A stretch of 64,000 nt of DNA from Guillardia theta CCMP2712. Its lineage: Eukaryota; Protista; Cryptophyta. Below the pieces are notes generated by a model. That model was not told the DNA's origin and did not search any database. It saw nothing but the letters and a program-made list of their open reading frames with translations. The position numbers and the translations under genes are program-made. Each line of letters begins with the position of its first letter. The first letter of the stretch is position 1. Below are positions 12,255-25,288 of this stretch, in pieces. Where the stretch lies: contig NW_005434597.1 of NCBI RefSeq assembly GCF_000315625.1, positions 271,224 through 335,223 of the forward strand, read 5' to 3'.

Positions 12255-15200
12255 ATGGCGGCGAGAGCGATTCTATGGCTGCTGCTGGCGCTGACATGGC
12301 CGCGAGACGCACTTCCAGCATGCTCCTGCTCCGACGGCACTCAGATTACAGGCAAGCCGGCTCTCCTCCCCCCCTCCTCTACCTTTGTTCGTCCTGCTCT
12401 GTCTCTCTCCGTGAACAGTGTTGAATATTGATCAGCTTCCGGGTCTAACTTGTGGGGTGCTTGCAGATGCTGATTGTTTGGATAGCATGTTCTGCAAGAA
12501 TTGTGTGAACTGCGACATTCCTTGCTGCAGCTCGACAGATCGATGGGCAAGGTGGACCATCTCAGCGCCATGGGCGAAGAGACTCGGTCATGAAGCGGTC
12601 GCCATGCGATCTGATCTGGGAGATCGGATGGTGGTACTGGGAGGGCTCAGAGTTCCGGCAGACATGGAGGAGAGTAGAATCAATGACGTGCTGCTAGGGA
12701 GCATACGACAAGCTCCTGCTGTTGGGAACATGTCCTCGACAAACTACGAGGTCCTCAATGACGTGTGGGAATCGTCGGACGGAGCGACATGGCGGGAGGT
12801 CAGCTTTTCCAAGGTCTGGCCAGCACGGGCTCACTTTGGAGCTGTTGCCTCCTCCTCGAGCATGTGAGATCCTTCCTTTCCTCTTGCTTGCTCTGCTTTC
12901 TTGCCGACATCCTCTACAGCATGTATGTGTTCGGCGGGTTGGGTTTAGATGACAAGGGTGTCGTCTTGCTCAACGACGTCTGGAGGTGGAACTTCTCAAC
13001 CTACATGAAGAGGTGAGAGTGATGAGATGTGCTTGACATGTCAATGGCAATGTGAGGATGACCGTCTGTTCCAGCAGGGTGATGGACGCGGATATCTCGT
13101 GGACCCTCCTGACAGCGTCGGCTAGTTGGACCCCACGAGGCGTGTTGGGATCAGCGAGTCTTTTCAACAAGTTCTCGATGAACATGTCGATCATAGTGAT
13201 GGTGGGAGGCATTCAGAGGATGGAAAACTCGTCGGAAGATCAAGCTGTCTTCAGAGATGATGTCTGGATGTCGGGGGATGGCTTGGTGTGGTCGCAAGTC
13301 ACACAGGTGAGGAGGAGGAGGAGTGGCAGCAGCAGCAGCCGGACCGTTTGTCTGACCTTATTTTATTTGCAGAAGGCTCCTTGGGGGACTAGAATTGGAT
13401 TTTCAATCCTATCACACGGTTCCCTAGCTCTTCTCCACCACTGACCTTCTCGTCCTTGCAAACATCCAAACTCTCCTCACAAACACCTTGTCCCTGCCTC
13501 TTCCTCCCTCCCACTTCCTCTCCTCACAACAGCTCCGGCCCCCTTGCTTCAAATCTTCTCCTCTCCTCCGATTGATACTCCTACAGGCCGCAAAGACAAC
13601 GAACAGCTCATTCTCCTGGGGGGTAGCAAGCTCTCTTCCCCAACCTCCCCGAGCTCGGGAGCAGGTGAGGAGGAGGTGGAGGTCGCAATCAGACTGACGA
13701 GGACACAGCGAAGAATGACGTGTGGGCGTCTCAAGATGGCATGACGTGGAGCCTTATCACCCCCAACAGCAACTGGAGAGGTTCGTGAAGCCTCTTTTGT
13801 CCTACTCTTGTCTTTCCTTCATATCTACCGGCCCTGCTGTCCCTTACCCGATGTTGCTTCCTCCTCCGCCTCTCCTCACTCTCCTCCCGTGGGCTGAGTC
13901 TTCTTGGTTCAGGGAGACAAGACTTTGCCGTTGCCAGTGATGGGCGTCAGCTGATCGTTGCTGGGGGTCGAGCCATTGTGGGAACCGACGAGACCATCTT
14001 CGAGGACGTGTATGCTTCCTCCAGGGAGTGCAGCTCGAGCAAGCAGACGTGTGACGCTGCTGGTTGTTTGCATCATAACATCATCTGCTGAGCTGAAATT
14101 CTTTCTTTCGCTTTCCCCCATTTGGCCGTGTGCCGTGCTGCTGTTCTCCCCCTTTCATCATCTCTTGCTCCCCTCGCGGATTTTGCATTCTCTCTCCTTC
14201 ACTCCTCTTCCTGTTATCTTCTCTGCCCTTCCTCCTCCTCCCACTTCTCCTCCTCCTCCTCTCACTCCTCTTCTTCCCACTTCTCCTCCTCCACCACCAC
14301 CACCACCACCACCACCTCCTCCTCCTCCTCCTCCTCCTCCTCCTCCTCCTCCTCCTCCTCCTCCTCCTCCTCCTTTTCCAGGTATGGATTGGCTGCCATC
14401 GAATCTCTTGGAGCGTCAAAATTTCTGGGGAAAGCGCTACGGACTGAAGATGATCTCTATCAACGAGTCCATTGTGAGCCTCGACAAGCCCTTCACACCA
14501 GCTGAAGTTCAGCTGCAGGTCGCCATCGGAGGAGTCCAGCAGGATGCGGAGGGGTCGCTGCAGCTTGTTAACGATGTCTGGGTTTCTCAGCAGCGATGTC
14601 GCACTGGCGAAGTGGGTCCTCGGTGCAGGTGACGTTTCCCAGCTTTCCCACCAGCTGGACCTGAGCTGCACTATTCAGCCCGTGCCAACCCGGGACCTTC
14701 AGCTTCGATGAGGGGTTCCTCCCCTTCGCTCAGGCATGTTCTTGTCAAAGGTCCATCCGTGGAATAACGGCTGGTTGACACCCACAGTGCAAACTATGTG
14801 AAGCTGGGAAGAAGAATGAACAGTTCGGCCAGTCGACGTGCAACGAATGCCCAGCAGGTGCCCAGCAGATCGTCTCAGCTGGTCAACTTTGACATCTGAC
14901 ATGGATTGACAGGCACTTTCTCGCCCCAGGCTGGGATGACGTTGTGCTCGGACTGCAAGAGTGGGACGTATCAGGACAAGACGGGGCGATCTACGTGCGA
15001 GGAATGTCCAGCAGGTACTCCAAAGTCCAGTCTCCCCGTCTTCTGCCTCCTCCCCATTACCTCGTCTACTCCCTCCTGGTCTTTTCTTCACCCTGCACCC
15101 TCAACGTTTCTTCTTTGCCTCTTCAGTACACGTCCTCCTCAAGGCCATGCTAGCGCGCCCATTTTCCTCCTTGCTCTCCTCTCCTCTCCTCTCCTCTCCT

Positions 15201-15974
15201 CTCCTCTCCTCTCCTCTCCTCTCCTCTCCTCTCCTCTCCTCTCCTCTCCTCTCCTCTCCTCTCCTCTCCTCTCACTCTCTCCGCAGGTCAGATGCAGGCT
15301 CAGTCCGGCATGTCCTTCTGCTCGAGCTGTATCCCCCAGCACTACTGTCCTCCTGGCTCCGTCGTCGCTCTCAGTATCCGCTGGTTGTTCTTGGAGGAGG
15401 AGGATGACAGTGAAACGCAGGTTGTCCTGACGGCTCCTCCTACTCCGGCACCTCCGCCTCCTCCTCGAGCGATTGCAGGTGTCTCCCCGGATACAGCGGA
15501 GAGGATGGAAGAGCTCCATGCAAGTAAGTGGAGGCTGGGGGGAGCTGAGAGCGTGACCATCACCCGCAGGCTGTGCCCACCTGGGACGTACCAGAGCGAG
15601 GACGAGCAGAGCTCATGCCTGAGCTGCCCTGAGGTCTCCTCCTCCTCCTCTCCTCATCGCACTATCAGCTCATGCGGCTTGCAGCGGACAAACTCATCCG
15701 CAGGAGCGACGTCGGAGGAAGAATGCATCCCCTTGCCAGCTCGTGAGCCGCCCTGCCTCGTGCTCATCCCTACGCTGACTCCCAGCCGCTGCCCAGCTCC
15801 CCCATCCTATCAGGAGGTTCACGTGCAGGTAGCAACGCGCGTGCGGAATGATTTGGGTCTAAGTTCCTCCCCCAGCTTCGAATTCTCATCTCTGCATCTC
15901 GTCTCAACTCCACCCAAGAGCAATTCCGGCAGGTATGCTGCCTCCTCCTCCTCATCATCATCATCATCATCATA

Positions 15975-16044
<70 letters not shown>

Positions 16045-17289
16045 TGCTACTTCCTTTCTCCCCAGGGCTACTCCGCCGCCCCCCTCCCCCCGCATTCTTG
16101 TTCCTGACTTTGTCAGCTCCTTCCCTCGATATCTCTTCGTCTCCTTCTCACCTTCCCGTCTCCATGTTTGCATTCACTCACTGTCAAAGGCGATCGGAGC
16201 GGCGATCGGTGTGCCCCCTTCTCGGATAGTCATCAGCAGCATCCAAGGAGGAATCGTGTACTCAGGCAGCCTGTTGGACATCCCTGGCCTCCTTCCTGGC
16301 GAAGAGGACGAAGAAGAAGGTTTGCGCGATTACAGCACCGTCAATATCACAATCAGCGGTGACGTTTCTCCATAATACCCTTCCCTCAATCCCTCCCTCC
16401 CTCCCTCCATCCATCCATCCATCCATCCATCCATCCATCCATCCATCCGCCTCCAGCTCGTTACTTTCATCGCTACTTTCTTGGCCGTTGGCTCTCTCTT
16501 TTCCCTGCGCCATTCTGTCTTCCTCCTTGTCGCATCCTCGATTGATTGCTCCTGCTCTCAGTGCAAGAAAGTAGTCGACAAGATGCAGAGGAGAGGGTGA
16601 TCGATCTGGCGACCATGAACATCGCCTTACAGGTGAGGGGAGGTAGAGGAGGAGAATGGAGAGGAGGGGAGCGAGGGGACAGGAGCGAGGGGAGAGGAGA
16701 GGAGGGTGTAAGAGGAGGAACAAGAGCGGGAGCAAAGGTAAGGAAGTGGGCGACTGACTTTTCTTCTTCCACGCCAGGCCGCAAACCTCGGGGTAGCCTT
16801 CAGAGTCCTACTTGGCAACGGATCGCTTGCTCCAGAAGTCAGCAACCTTCCAACTACCACCCCAGCTGCCGTGACCACCAACGTTCCCAACTCAACTCCA
16901 TTGGTCATCCACTGGTTCGACGGTAGCTCCTCCGAGCTCAAGGACGAGCTGGCCTCGCTGGACAAGAACGGGACCGCCATGGGCTTCCTCATTTGCCTCT
17001 CCCTCCTCGGCTGCTGCGCCTGCGTGTGTTACTGCAGGAGCTGCAGCCACACTGCAGGCAAGCTTGGCTCAGGTCAGCTCGTCAGGTAGCTCAAGGAGGA
17101 GTGACGTTGCGAGCAGGTAGCGGGCGCGTGATGCGTCGGATTCAGCTGCAGCAGCTCCCGCTCGCCTTCAAACCCGTACGTCTCTTGCTGTCTGTTGGCC
17201 CGTCCCTGACTGCTGCGCAGCACGACCCCAACAAGAGCGAGTGGAGGGCGTTGACGGGCAACAATGCTGACATGGACGACCTGGAGTGA
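12255..17289 (+). CDS. Type I membrane protein: signal peptide, Kelch-like propeller, GCC2/GCC3-like Cys-rich repeats, TM helix
   Basis: MAARAILWLLLALTW signal; repeated GG...NDVWxSxDGxxW units; CPAGTFS/CKSGTYQ/CPPGTYQ repeats; TM GFLICLSLLGCCACVCYC; ends NADMDDLE*. Confidence 0.8.
15945..16043 (+). repeat. (CAT)n intronic microsatellite
   Basis: Long CAT run; the same gene has (CCT)n at ~14230-14372 and (CTCCT)n at ~15175-15272. Confidence 0.95.
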
Positions 17290-17523
17290 GAAGCTCCTGT
17301 CGTGTCACCTTGTAGATAACAGAGAGCCGCGAAGACGGCAGGGTTATTCTTTAGCACGTGTATAAAGGATTGATTAAGTGAGGCCACCCTGTCTCCTCCT
17401 CCTCTTCCTCTCACGACTCCTCCTCCTCCTCCTCCTCGACCTTCCTTCGCTTCCTCCTCCTCCTCCTCCTCCTCCTCCTCCTCCTCCTTTCTCAGCGACT
17501 TCGCACCGCCTGCTTCTGATTCT

Positions 17524-19212
17524 TCAGCTCTCAGCATACGAGGAGCGGACGGAGGACATGAGAGTGTTGGACTGGCCTGCTCCTGATATTCTCTGCAGCG
17601 TCACCTGCACGGGTTCATCACATCCTCGTCAACAAGAGCAAGCAGCCTCAACCTTCTGGTCGGTCCCATCCCGTCGAATGTCGATAGTGACCAAACTTCC
17701 TTCCTCTCCGAAGGTCAAGTTCTTGATCTCCTCCAAGTTGTAGTCCTGCACTTTGTGGCCGTCGATGGTGACCAGGACGTCACCTTCACGCAGCTACAGC
17801 ATGTCAGCATCGCTCCAGCCGCTCGGTCCCAGCGCTCACCCCTCCCTGACGCTGAGCGGCGTAACCATGAATGAGCTCCTTGATCACAATCTCTCCGTCG
17901 TTGTTGACTCGGAGCACGAGACCCAACCCGACCTTGTGCGAGTTGACGTCTACAAGAGATCTTCTCAGACTGCTGGAGTAGGTGTCAAGACTCTCGTTGG
18001 CTATCATGCGCTCCACGGGAACTTCGACTGCAGCCAGACAGTCAACGGCAACTCGATCCGACATCCCGTGGGCCTACCAGGTTTATCGTTGTAGACTATC
18101 TTGTCTTGGTACACTATCTTGTCATGGTGTACAATCCTCTCCACCGGCACATCAACAAACTTGTCCACGATTCGCTCAACTGGGACCTGATGGCAACTAA
18201 GCACAAGACCATCTCTTGCTTTCCTTCACCTGAACTTCTCGAAACTGAACTTTCTCCACCTCGACTGGAACCTCCTTCACAACGATCTTCTCCACGGGGA
18301 CGGCGCGGTGAACGATCTTCTCCACGTACTTGTCGACGTACACTGGCACCTCCTTGACGACGACTTTGTCTACCGGCACGGCTACCTCTTTGTTCACAAC
18401 CCTCTCTCTTGCAACTTCCTTGAGCACTTCGTTCTTGACCTGACAGGCGCGTGAGGGAATGAGCCAGCAGAGGGGAGTCTGAACTTACAATCTTATCCAT
18501 TCGAACTTCTCGGGGTTGCTACGCCATCGGAACGCCAGTGTCAGGAGGTTGGAAGATGACAAGAGGAAAGGCTTACAGGAACTTCAATCGTCATGGTCCT
18601 GGTGATGTACTGTGGAACTTGAGTGTTGAAAACTTGTGACACCTCCCGTGGTCGCTCATTCTCAACAATCTTATCTGTCGGAACAACATCGTACGACACA
18701 ACTTCCTTGTCCACTGGGACGACTTCAAGCTGATCAATCTCCACATGCTTGGTGATGTACTCGTATTCGGGAGGAGGCGGAGGAGGCTAGAAGAGAAGTC
18801 AGTCTTGTGTCAGCCCTCCACAACTCGCAAGTACCGGAGAGGCCACAACCACTTGGCGGGCAGGAGCCTGTACGATCTGCACAGGAGTCGTCTCGGTGAC
18901 TTGCACTGGCTGAACGTAGGTCGGCTGAACATGCCGAACTTCTTGCACGCCGACCACTTGATGCTGCACAGGAACAGCGACTGAAGCTACAGTTGGAACC
19001 GCCACTGCTGAAGATATGGCGGTCAAGGGGATACTCTGAACTCCCTGTACCCGATGGAACAAGGCGCCGGATGAGATACCCGACGTGACAGGCCCGGAAA
19101 CCGAGACATACTGAGTTTGAAAGGCTTGCGCGAACCGCTGCTCTTGCTGCCTCTCCACCGTCGTCAACGTCGGACTCTGATTCATACTGCGCAGAACTCG
19201 TTTCAGGTCCAT
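17524..19212 (-). CDS. Articulin/epiplastin-like VPV-repeat membrane-skeleton protein with C-terminal PDZ domain
   Basis: VPVDKVVVKEVPVYVDKYVEKIV...VPVEKIV repeats; PDZ GLGLVLR...ELIHGYAAQRQG..LREGDVLVTIDG...VTIDIRR; ends SSYAES*. Confidence 0.85.
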
Positions 19213-21309
19213 GACAGTGATGAGAGTGTGAGCGGATAGCAGTTAATTCTACACGTGTAAGGATTCTATCTTCACCTAAACAAGAGGACAGTTGATCACA
19301 TTTCGGAGGTTCCCAAACCTCAGGAACCTGGAAATATTAAACAATCTCTGACAAAACTGATCCCGTGCTTTGCGCACCAGCGTTTTCTGCTTGTTATACC
19401 TATCTTTCACTATTCGTACACTATCAACTATTCCTTGGTTACAGTCATGTGCCCCACAAGTACGGAGTCTACCTGAAGCTCTTCTTCTCCTCATATCTCA
19501 TCTTGTTCTAGCCATGTTCCTCTCGCTCCTGCACAGCCTGCATGCTCCACTTCATCCTCGCTGCCTCATCGATCGCGGCTCAACCATCAGAACTCCACGT
19601 GGCCATCGTCGGCTGCATGGTGTGGACCCCTTCTGTGAGAAGCACCCCACCGCTAATCCCAGAAGTGCATCGTCTCCACTTGCTCCCTATTCTGGAATAT
19701 TTCATAATTGAGTTCTTAAGTGAAAAGCCACATGATCTCACCTTCACCTTAGTTGTGGAATTTCGACCCACCCCTCAATTACACCAGGGTGGCTCGACCC
19801 CGTAGAAAGGCTGTAACCGCCTCATTTTGTGTTGTACCCTTCAACTTTTAGTCAAATACAAACACCCGTACCCATGACCCCTACATTTGACCGGACTTGG
19901 CACCCCTGCCGAGTCCAGGAGAGACGATGACCCCCTCTAGCTACCAGCCCCCACCCCACCTTTTCTAGGCTCTGAAGGACAATCTCGTCTTGTACCACTC
20001 TACTACAATATTTACTCAATAAAAATGACTGATGAGTTGATAAGCCTCGGAACTTCCGGGGGGGCGCCGAGGCCGCAGACATGGGTGATCACCAGTCCGA
20101 CACGGCGGGAGACAGTGACCGACCTCCGGGACCGGGCCGGACAATCCGATGATCCGATGATTGAGCCGGGCCGGGTCTGTGACTGATCCGTCAATCGGCG
20201 TGAACCTCCAAGGCCCGAGAACCAAATCCAATCCTGCCAACTGCTGCCCCCCGAACTGTCTGTAATCATTGGAAGGAGTGAGGAGGGCCCGCCGGATCTG
20301 GAGGTATCAAGCAAGGGAGGAGGCGGTAGGTCCGGGTTACTACCGAGTGACTTCACGACCTGGTGCCAACTTAAAGTGTGTCTGGTGTGGGTGGGCCCGG
20401 GGTTCGGGGGGGCGCGGAGGGGGGTACGAGTGGCTAGGGGTGTGGGGTGACTTCGGAACGCTGTCAGGTACTGTAGCTGACGCCTTCGTTTCAGGGGAGT
20501 GGGGTGGGTAAAAGTGGGGTGGGGTGGGGTGGGGTGGGGTGGGTGGGGGATGATCGAATTGGACTCGCCGACCAAGGTAACTTCAATTCTCTAACGGACT
20601 AGAGATCAAAAAAAAGAAATTGGAGACTACCCCTGTGATGAGTATAATTTTGTGGGGTATCTGATAGAGCAGGGTTCAGTTTGCTGGGGAAAAAGGGGGT
20701 AGAGCGACCGAATGTTAATTCAACCTCCATGAAGATGGGTAAATGAAGGCTAGAGGTTGGGGTAGAATGCAGAGTAAGGATAGGTGGGGTGGTGAAGGTA
20801 TGATAAGATGGGGTAGTGAATTTTGGGTACACATTGGAATATGACTAAAATATTGTTCCTTATGCGATAGGCCGGGGCGCATGCTGGTATGGCCCGCGAG
20901 CCTTATGCGCAACAGGTGGCGCGTCGCGCATGGGATGAAATGCGAAGGAAGAGAAGGATGCAGGAGAACTTCAGAGGTGAGACCCCGAAGGCTCCCCTGC
21001 CTCTGCGTGCGACGACGTGTGCTGAACCGTTGGAAGCTGCCGTATGTGTGACAAGTCGGATACGTAGACATCACTGGTTATGTTTGTGCATAAGAGTTGC
21101 AACATCCTGGCTTGATTTGTTTTTCATGAGTGAAATTCTGTACTTTATTACCTTGTGCTCTTCTGAAATGATGGATTTGATCTTGATGACGAGAAGGAGG
21201 AATGAATGACAAACAACTAATTACGCTGGTAGGCTCCGATGTTGGTGAAGTGAACAGAAGCCCCGAAATCTTTCAAATTGCTTCGAGCCGGTAAGTAGCT
21301 GTAGAAGAC

Positions 21310-24300
21310 ATGTGTCGTCCGATTCATAATCCTGCTGCCAGAACCGAGCATGTATTGAAAGCCAGGAATGACACAGATTTTGTGGGAAGATGGCAAGACA
21401 AACGAGCGTTGAACTTTCCAAACACCAGCATGAATGGTGATTCCTCCATTGATCTGAGCGACCTACAAGACGACGTGCAAATTCTTGCTGATATCACAGC
21501 CGGTCCTGCGTTGGGTCAAAGTTACACTGAAGATCAAGCTAACTCCAGGTGGACAGCTCCTAGTACGATAGAGGCAAGAATGCTGGGCCTGTCCGATATC
21601 ACCAACGACGGGCCGCGGCAAGACCGTCCAGACTCTCTGATCCACACCAAGAACGGAGTGACGAGCAGCAAGCTGCCGCAGGAGATCATCGACGTTGTCA
21701 TTCAGCTCGGCAGGCAGGGCCAGGCACAGGCGGTAGCAGCCAAGAGCCTGAGGGAGATGATTCATCATAAGAAGCTCCTGTACCAAATCGCCTCCGAGGC
21801 CTGGGTGTTGGACGTGATCGCCAATGCACTCGTTGAAGGAAACAATGAGACAAGAGCCAGCTGCTGCGCGTGCTTCCGCCACCTGGCGTTGGAGGAGGAG
21901 GGCTGTGCACGGATGATCGGAAGCGCGAACGTCCTCTCTTCTCTTGTTGTGGCGCTGCAGTTGGGCGACGACAATGCCCGACAGAAAGCAGCAGCGGCCA
22001 TAGGGAATCTTTCATGGAGAACTGAGAGGAACAGAGAAGTGATCTGCTCCAAGGAAGGGATCATCAGTGGGCTATTGATGTTGCTGAGGGTTGGTGGCAT
22101 TCACTGCAAGGAATCAGCCCTCGCTGCGCTTTCTAACCTGACCCTGAGCAAGCTCTGTGCTTCAGCTGTCGTGAGCTCATTCGAAGCTCTGAATGTTCTC
22201 ACGGAAGAGCTGACCTCGGGGAGCATGAAAGGTCAGCTGAGAGCTGCTGGCATCGTTCGCAACTTGGCGGCTCATCCAGAAAATCGAGCGAATTTGCTTT
22301 CATTCCCAGGACTCTCTCCTGCTCTTGAAGCCTTGCTGGTTGCCAAGACTAACACAGAGGCAGTCAAGCGAGCAGAGACTGCCTGCAGGTTCCTTCGGGG
22401 AAGTGGAGTAGGAGGTGTAGCCGGGAGTGGGTTTCAAATGATGGCAAGCGCTAGCAAGTTGAAGGACAAAGAATCAAGACCGGTTGCTGAGAACAACATT
22501 GCATCGAGGCTCAGATCGAATGGCATCAACGTTTCTGAGAAAGATGCCGAGGCTTTGTTGCACGAATGGCTGTCAAACAATGGGTGGGAGGATTTGCAAG
22601 AAAGGCTGCTGGACGCTGGGAAGACGGACTTCAGTTCGTTCGACAGGTTTGAAGCAGATCTTTTACCACTCGATGTCCCTGCTGGAAGATATCTATGGCA
22701 AGGAAGAGTCGTCTTGCGGATAAATCAGCAGAATAACCTACCTCAATATCTCCTTGACTCGGAAACAGGCGAGATGCTGTGGAACTATGCTGCCTGTACG
22801 GAATTCTTCTTTCCATGGGCTCGCAAACACTTTGTCTGTAAATACGAGGGCAGATCTTGTCTGATCCTACTGCGAAGGAGCGGGAAGGTTGTGGCTCGAA
22901 GGGATAGGGAAGAGAAACAGGTCCCAGCTATGACAGGCAGCCATGAGGTCAGCCATGACGACGAGTCTCATAGTATCGAGATAGAGGATGTCTCCAAGGT
23001 ACATGCTGAGTCCGTACTCATCCATAGCCCTGAGAACTCTCCGAGGGACAACGCTGCGACCGATGAGGTGACGACGCAAGCTGTTTCAGACGGAGGGAGT
23101 CACGAGGCAGACGATTCGCTTGTGGTACTCCAGGAGCAGAGAAGTCCGGTGCTGAATCAGCTGCTGGAGTGGGGCTCATTGAATGGATGGAAAGATGTAG
23201 AGAAATCATTGTTCCGTGCTGGAAGGACAGATTATTCTCAATACGCGGTCTATGAACGGGAGATGGAGGAGGTCCCAGGGAAGGCAAACATCTTCACTTG
23301 GAGGGGTAGATCATTGGAGCTCATAGGAGAAAACAGGAGGAACCCGACAAGGTTGATAGATCTGTCTACGAATCAAGTTGTTTGGGACCTTGAAAAATCT
23401 ACCAAACTTCGCTTTCCGTGGGCAAAAGACAACCTGGAGGTCAAGAAAGAGAACGGCTGCCTGTTTATCTTGGACAAGAGCTCTGGGGAGCCCCTGCTGA
23501 AGATCAAGAACAAGTCGCAGCAGTCGGCACAGCTTAACGTCGGGTCGGGTCTGGATATCCGCACGGCAATCGACAAGTTGAAGGAATGGACAGAGCAGAA
23601 CGGATGGTATGACTTGCACAGAAGGCTGATCAACGCCGGGAAGACTGACTACCGCCGTTACGGGGAGATCGAGCCGTTGATGGTCGAAGTACCTGGTCAC
23701 TCCGACCTGTTCACTTGGGAAGGACGAACGCTGAAGCTCATCGGACATCGCAAGGACCCAGCGTTGCTGAAGGACCACAAGAGCGGAGAAGTTCTGTGGG
23801 AGTTTGACAGCAGTACCAAGTTCTTCTTCCCCTGGGCACGGGAGCACTTCAACGTGCAGGTCAACAGCCAGAGGGTTCAGATCATCTCTAAGATCAGCGG
23901 GCAAGTGATCGGCAACTGCCTCAAGAAAGACGCGGAGATCGGCGACGCCATGATCATGCAGTCAGTGTCCAAGGAGATGGTTCCCCTGGTGCAGGTGCGC
24001 TGGCGAGGTCGAGCTGGCGCGCTGCTCTGACGGCCATGGCAGAAACTCGGGTTGCAAGCTCACATGAGAAAGGACATCATCCTTGTCCAGGTGCTCGAGC
24101 TCGCGCCCGATGCCTCTGACCCAGGTCGCCTCAGGTGGTTCGCGATTTCTCTGAGGACCTGGTGAGCAATGGGGAGGAGGGGAAGTCTTCTCAACTTCGA
24201 GCCTCGTCCGGGGACATCCTTGTTGTCCTCAGGCTGTGAGTTGCCGTCCTGTCACTGTCAGAGTGCACTCTTGCTGAGCGTGCATCGTCAGGGGGCACCA

Positions 24301-24853
24301 GGGCTGGAACTTCGGCAAGGTCGTTATGGATAGATCGGGGACGAGGTGACAGAGGATGTTTGCGGAGCTGCCAGGAGCTGAGAAGCTGTCTCAGGTACTT
24401 TCAGAAGGACCTCAACACTGGCTGGGGAGCCGAAGGATGGTTCCCGTCCTCATATGCAGCCTCCGTCCACGTAAGTGCCCTACTGAGCCGCCTTGCGCTG
24501 AGAACTCTATGGCAGGAGATTCATCATTGGAGGTCCAAGAACGTCCGAGTACAGCAGGACGTGCATGGAGAGAAGACAACAGTCACTGAGCTGCCCTCAG
24601 GCGATGTAAGTCAAGGCAGCCGCCATGGCCTTAGCGCCAGCCCTCTCACTTTGATCGCAGGTGCTGTACAGGGGGCCCAAGGAACCGTGCGTCGTCCACT
24701 GGTTTGCCCCCACCTCCTCTTAGCAGTTTTCCCAAGTCTTGTCATAATAAAACTGATAGACCTGCATACCCCTGGCCTCCCGCGAGCTCCTTGGCGAGCG
24801 AAACAAACTTGTCAAAGAGATCAATTTTGCGACAGGGGGATAACCTGTGTTAG
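21310..24853 (+). CDS. Armadillo-repeat protein with three copies of an unknown domain and a C-terminal SH3 domain
   Basis: ARM repeats (AAAAIGNLS, ALAALSNLT, AAGIVRNLA); three NGW...AGxTD...FPWA units; spliced SH3 (VVRDF...SSGDILVVL...GWNFGK...EGWFPSSY); 3' end approximate. Confidence 0.85.
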
Positions 24854-25288
24854 GGTGAGAGATGGAGAAGAGGGTGGGAGGAGAAGCAAGAAGAGGACGA
24901 GGAGAAAGAAGATGAGGACGAGGAGAACGAAGACGAGGAGGATAGGGGCTCATAGAGACTGTTGTTCCTTGCCTCGTCCTTGCCATCGTGCATGTTTATG
25001 ATAAGTTGAACTCAAAACCATGGATCCGACTTCTATCTTGAGCTTCCTCGGACGAGACGAGCTGGTTACGAGGTAACTCCTTGCGAGAGGATGAAGAAGA
25101 TCCAACGGTGTGCAAGTTTGCAGGCGCAGGTGGAGCAGACGGAGGGTCGCCTGCAGGAAGCGGAGAAGAGAATAGAGGAGGCGCTGGGACAGGCCAGGGA
25201 AGCTGAGGAGAGGTATCAGATATGCCGGACAGCCCTGAGCGCCGCCATGTCGGGATGGTTGTGATGCCATGAGCTGAGGTCCCGGCAT

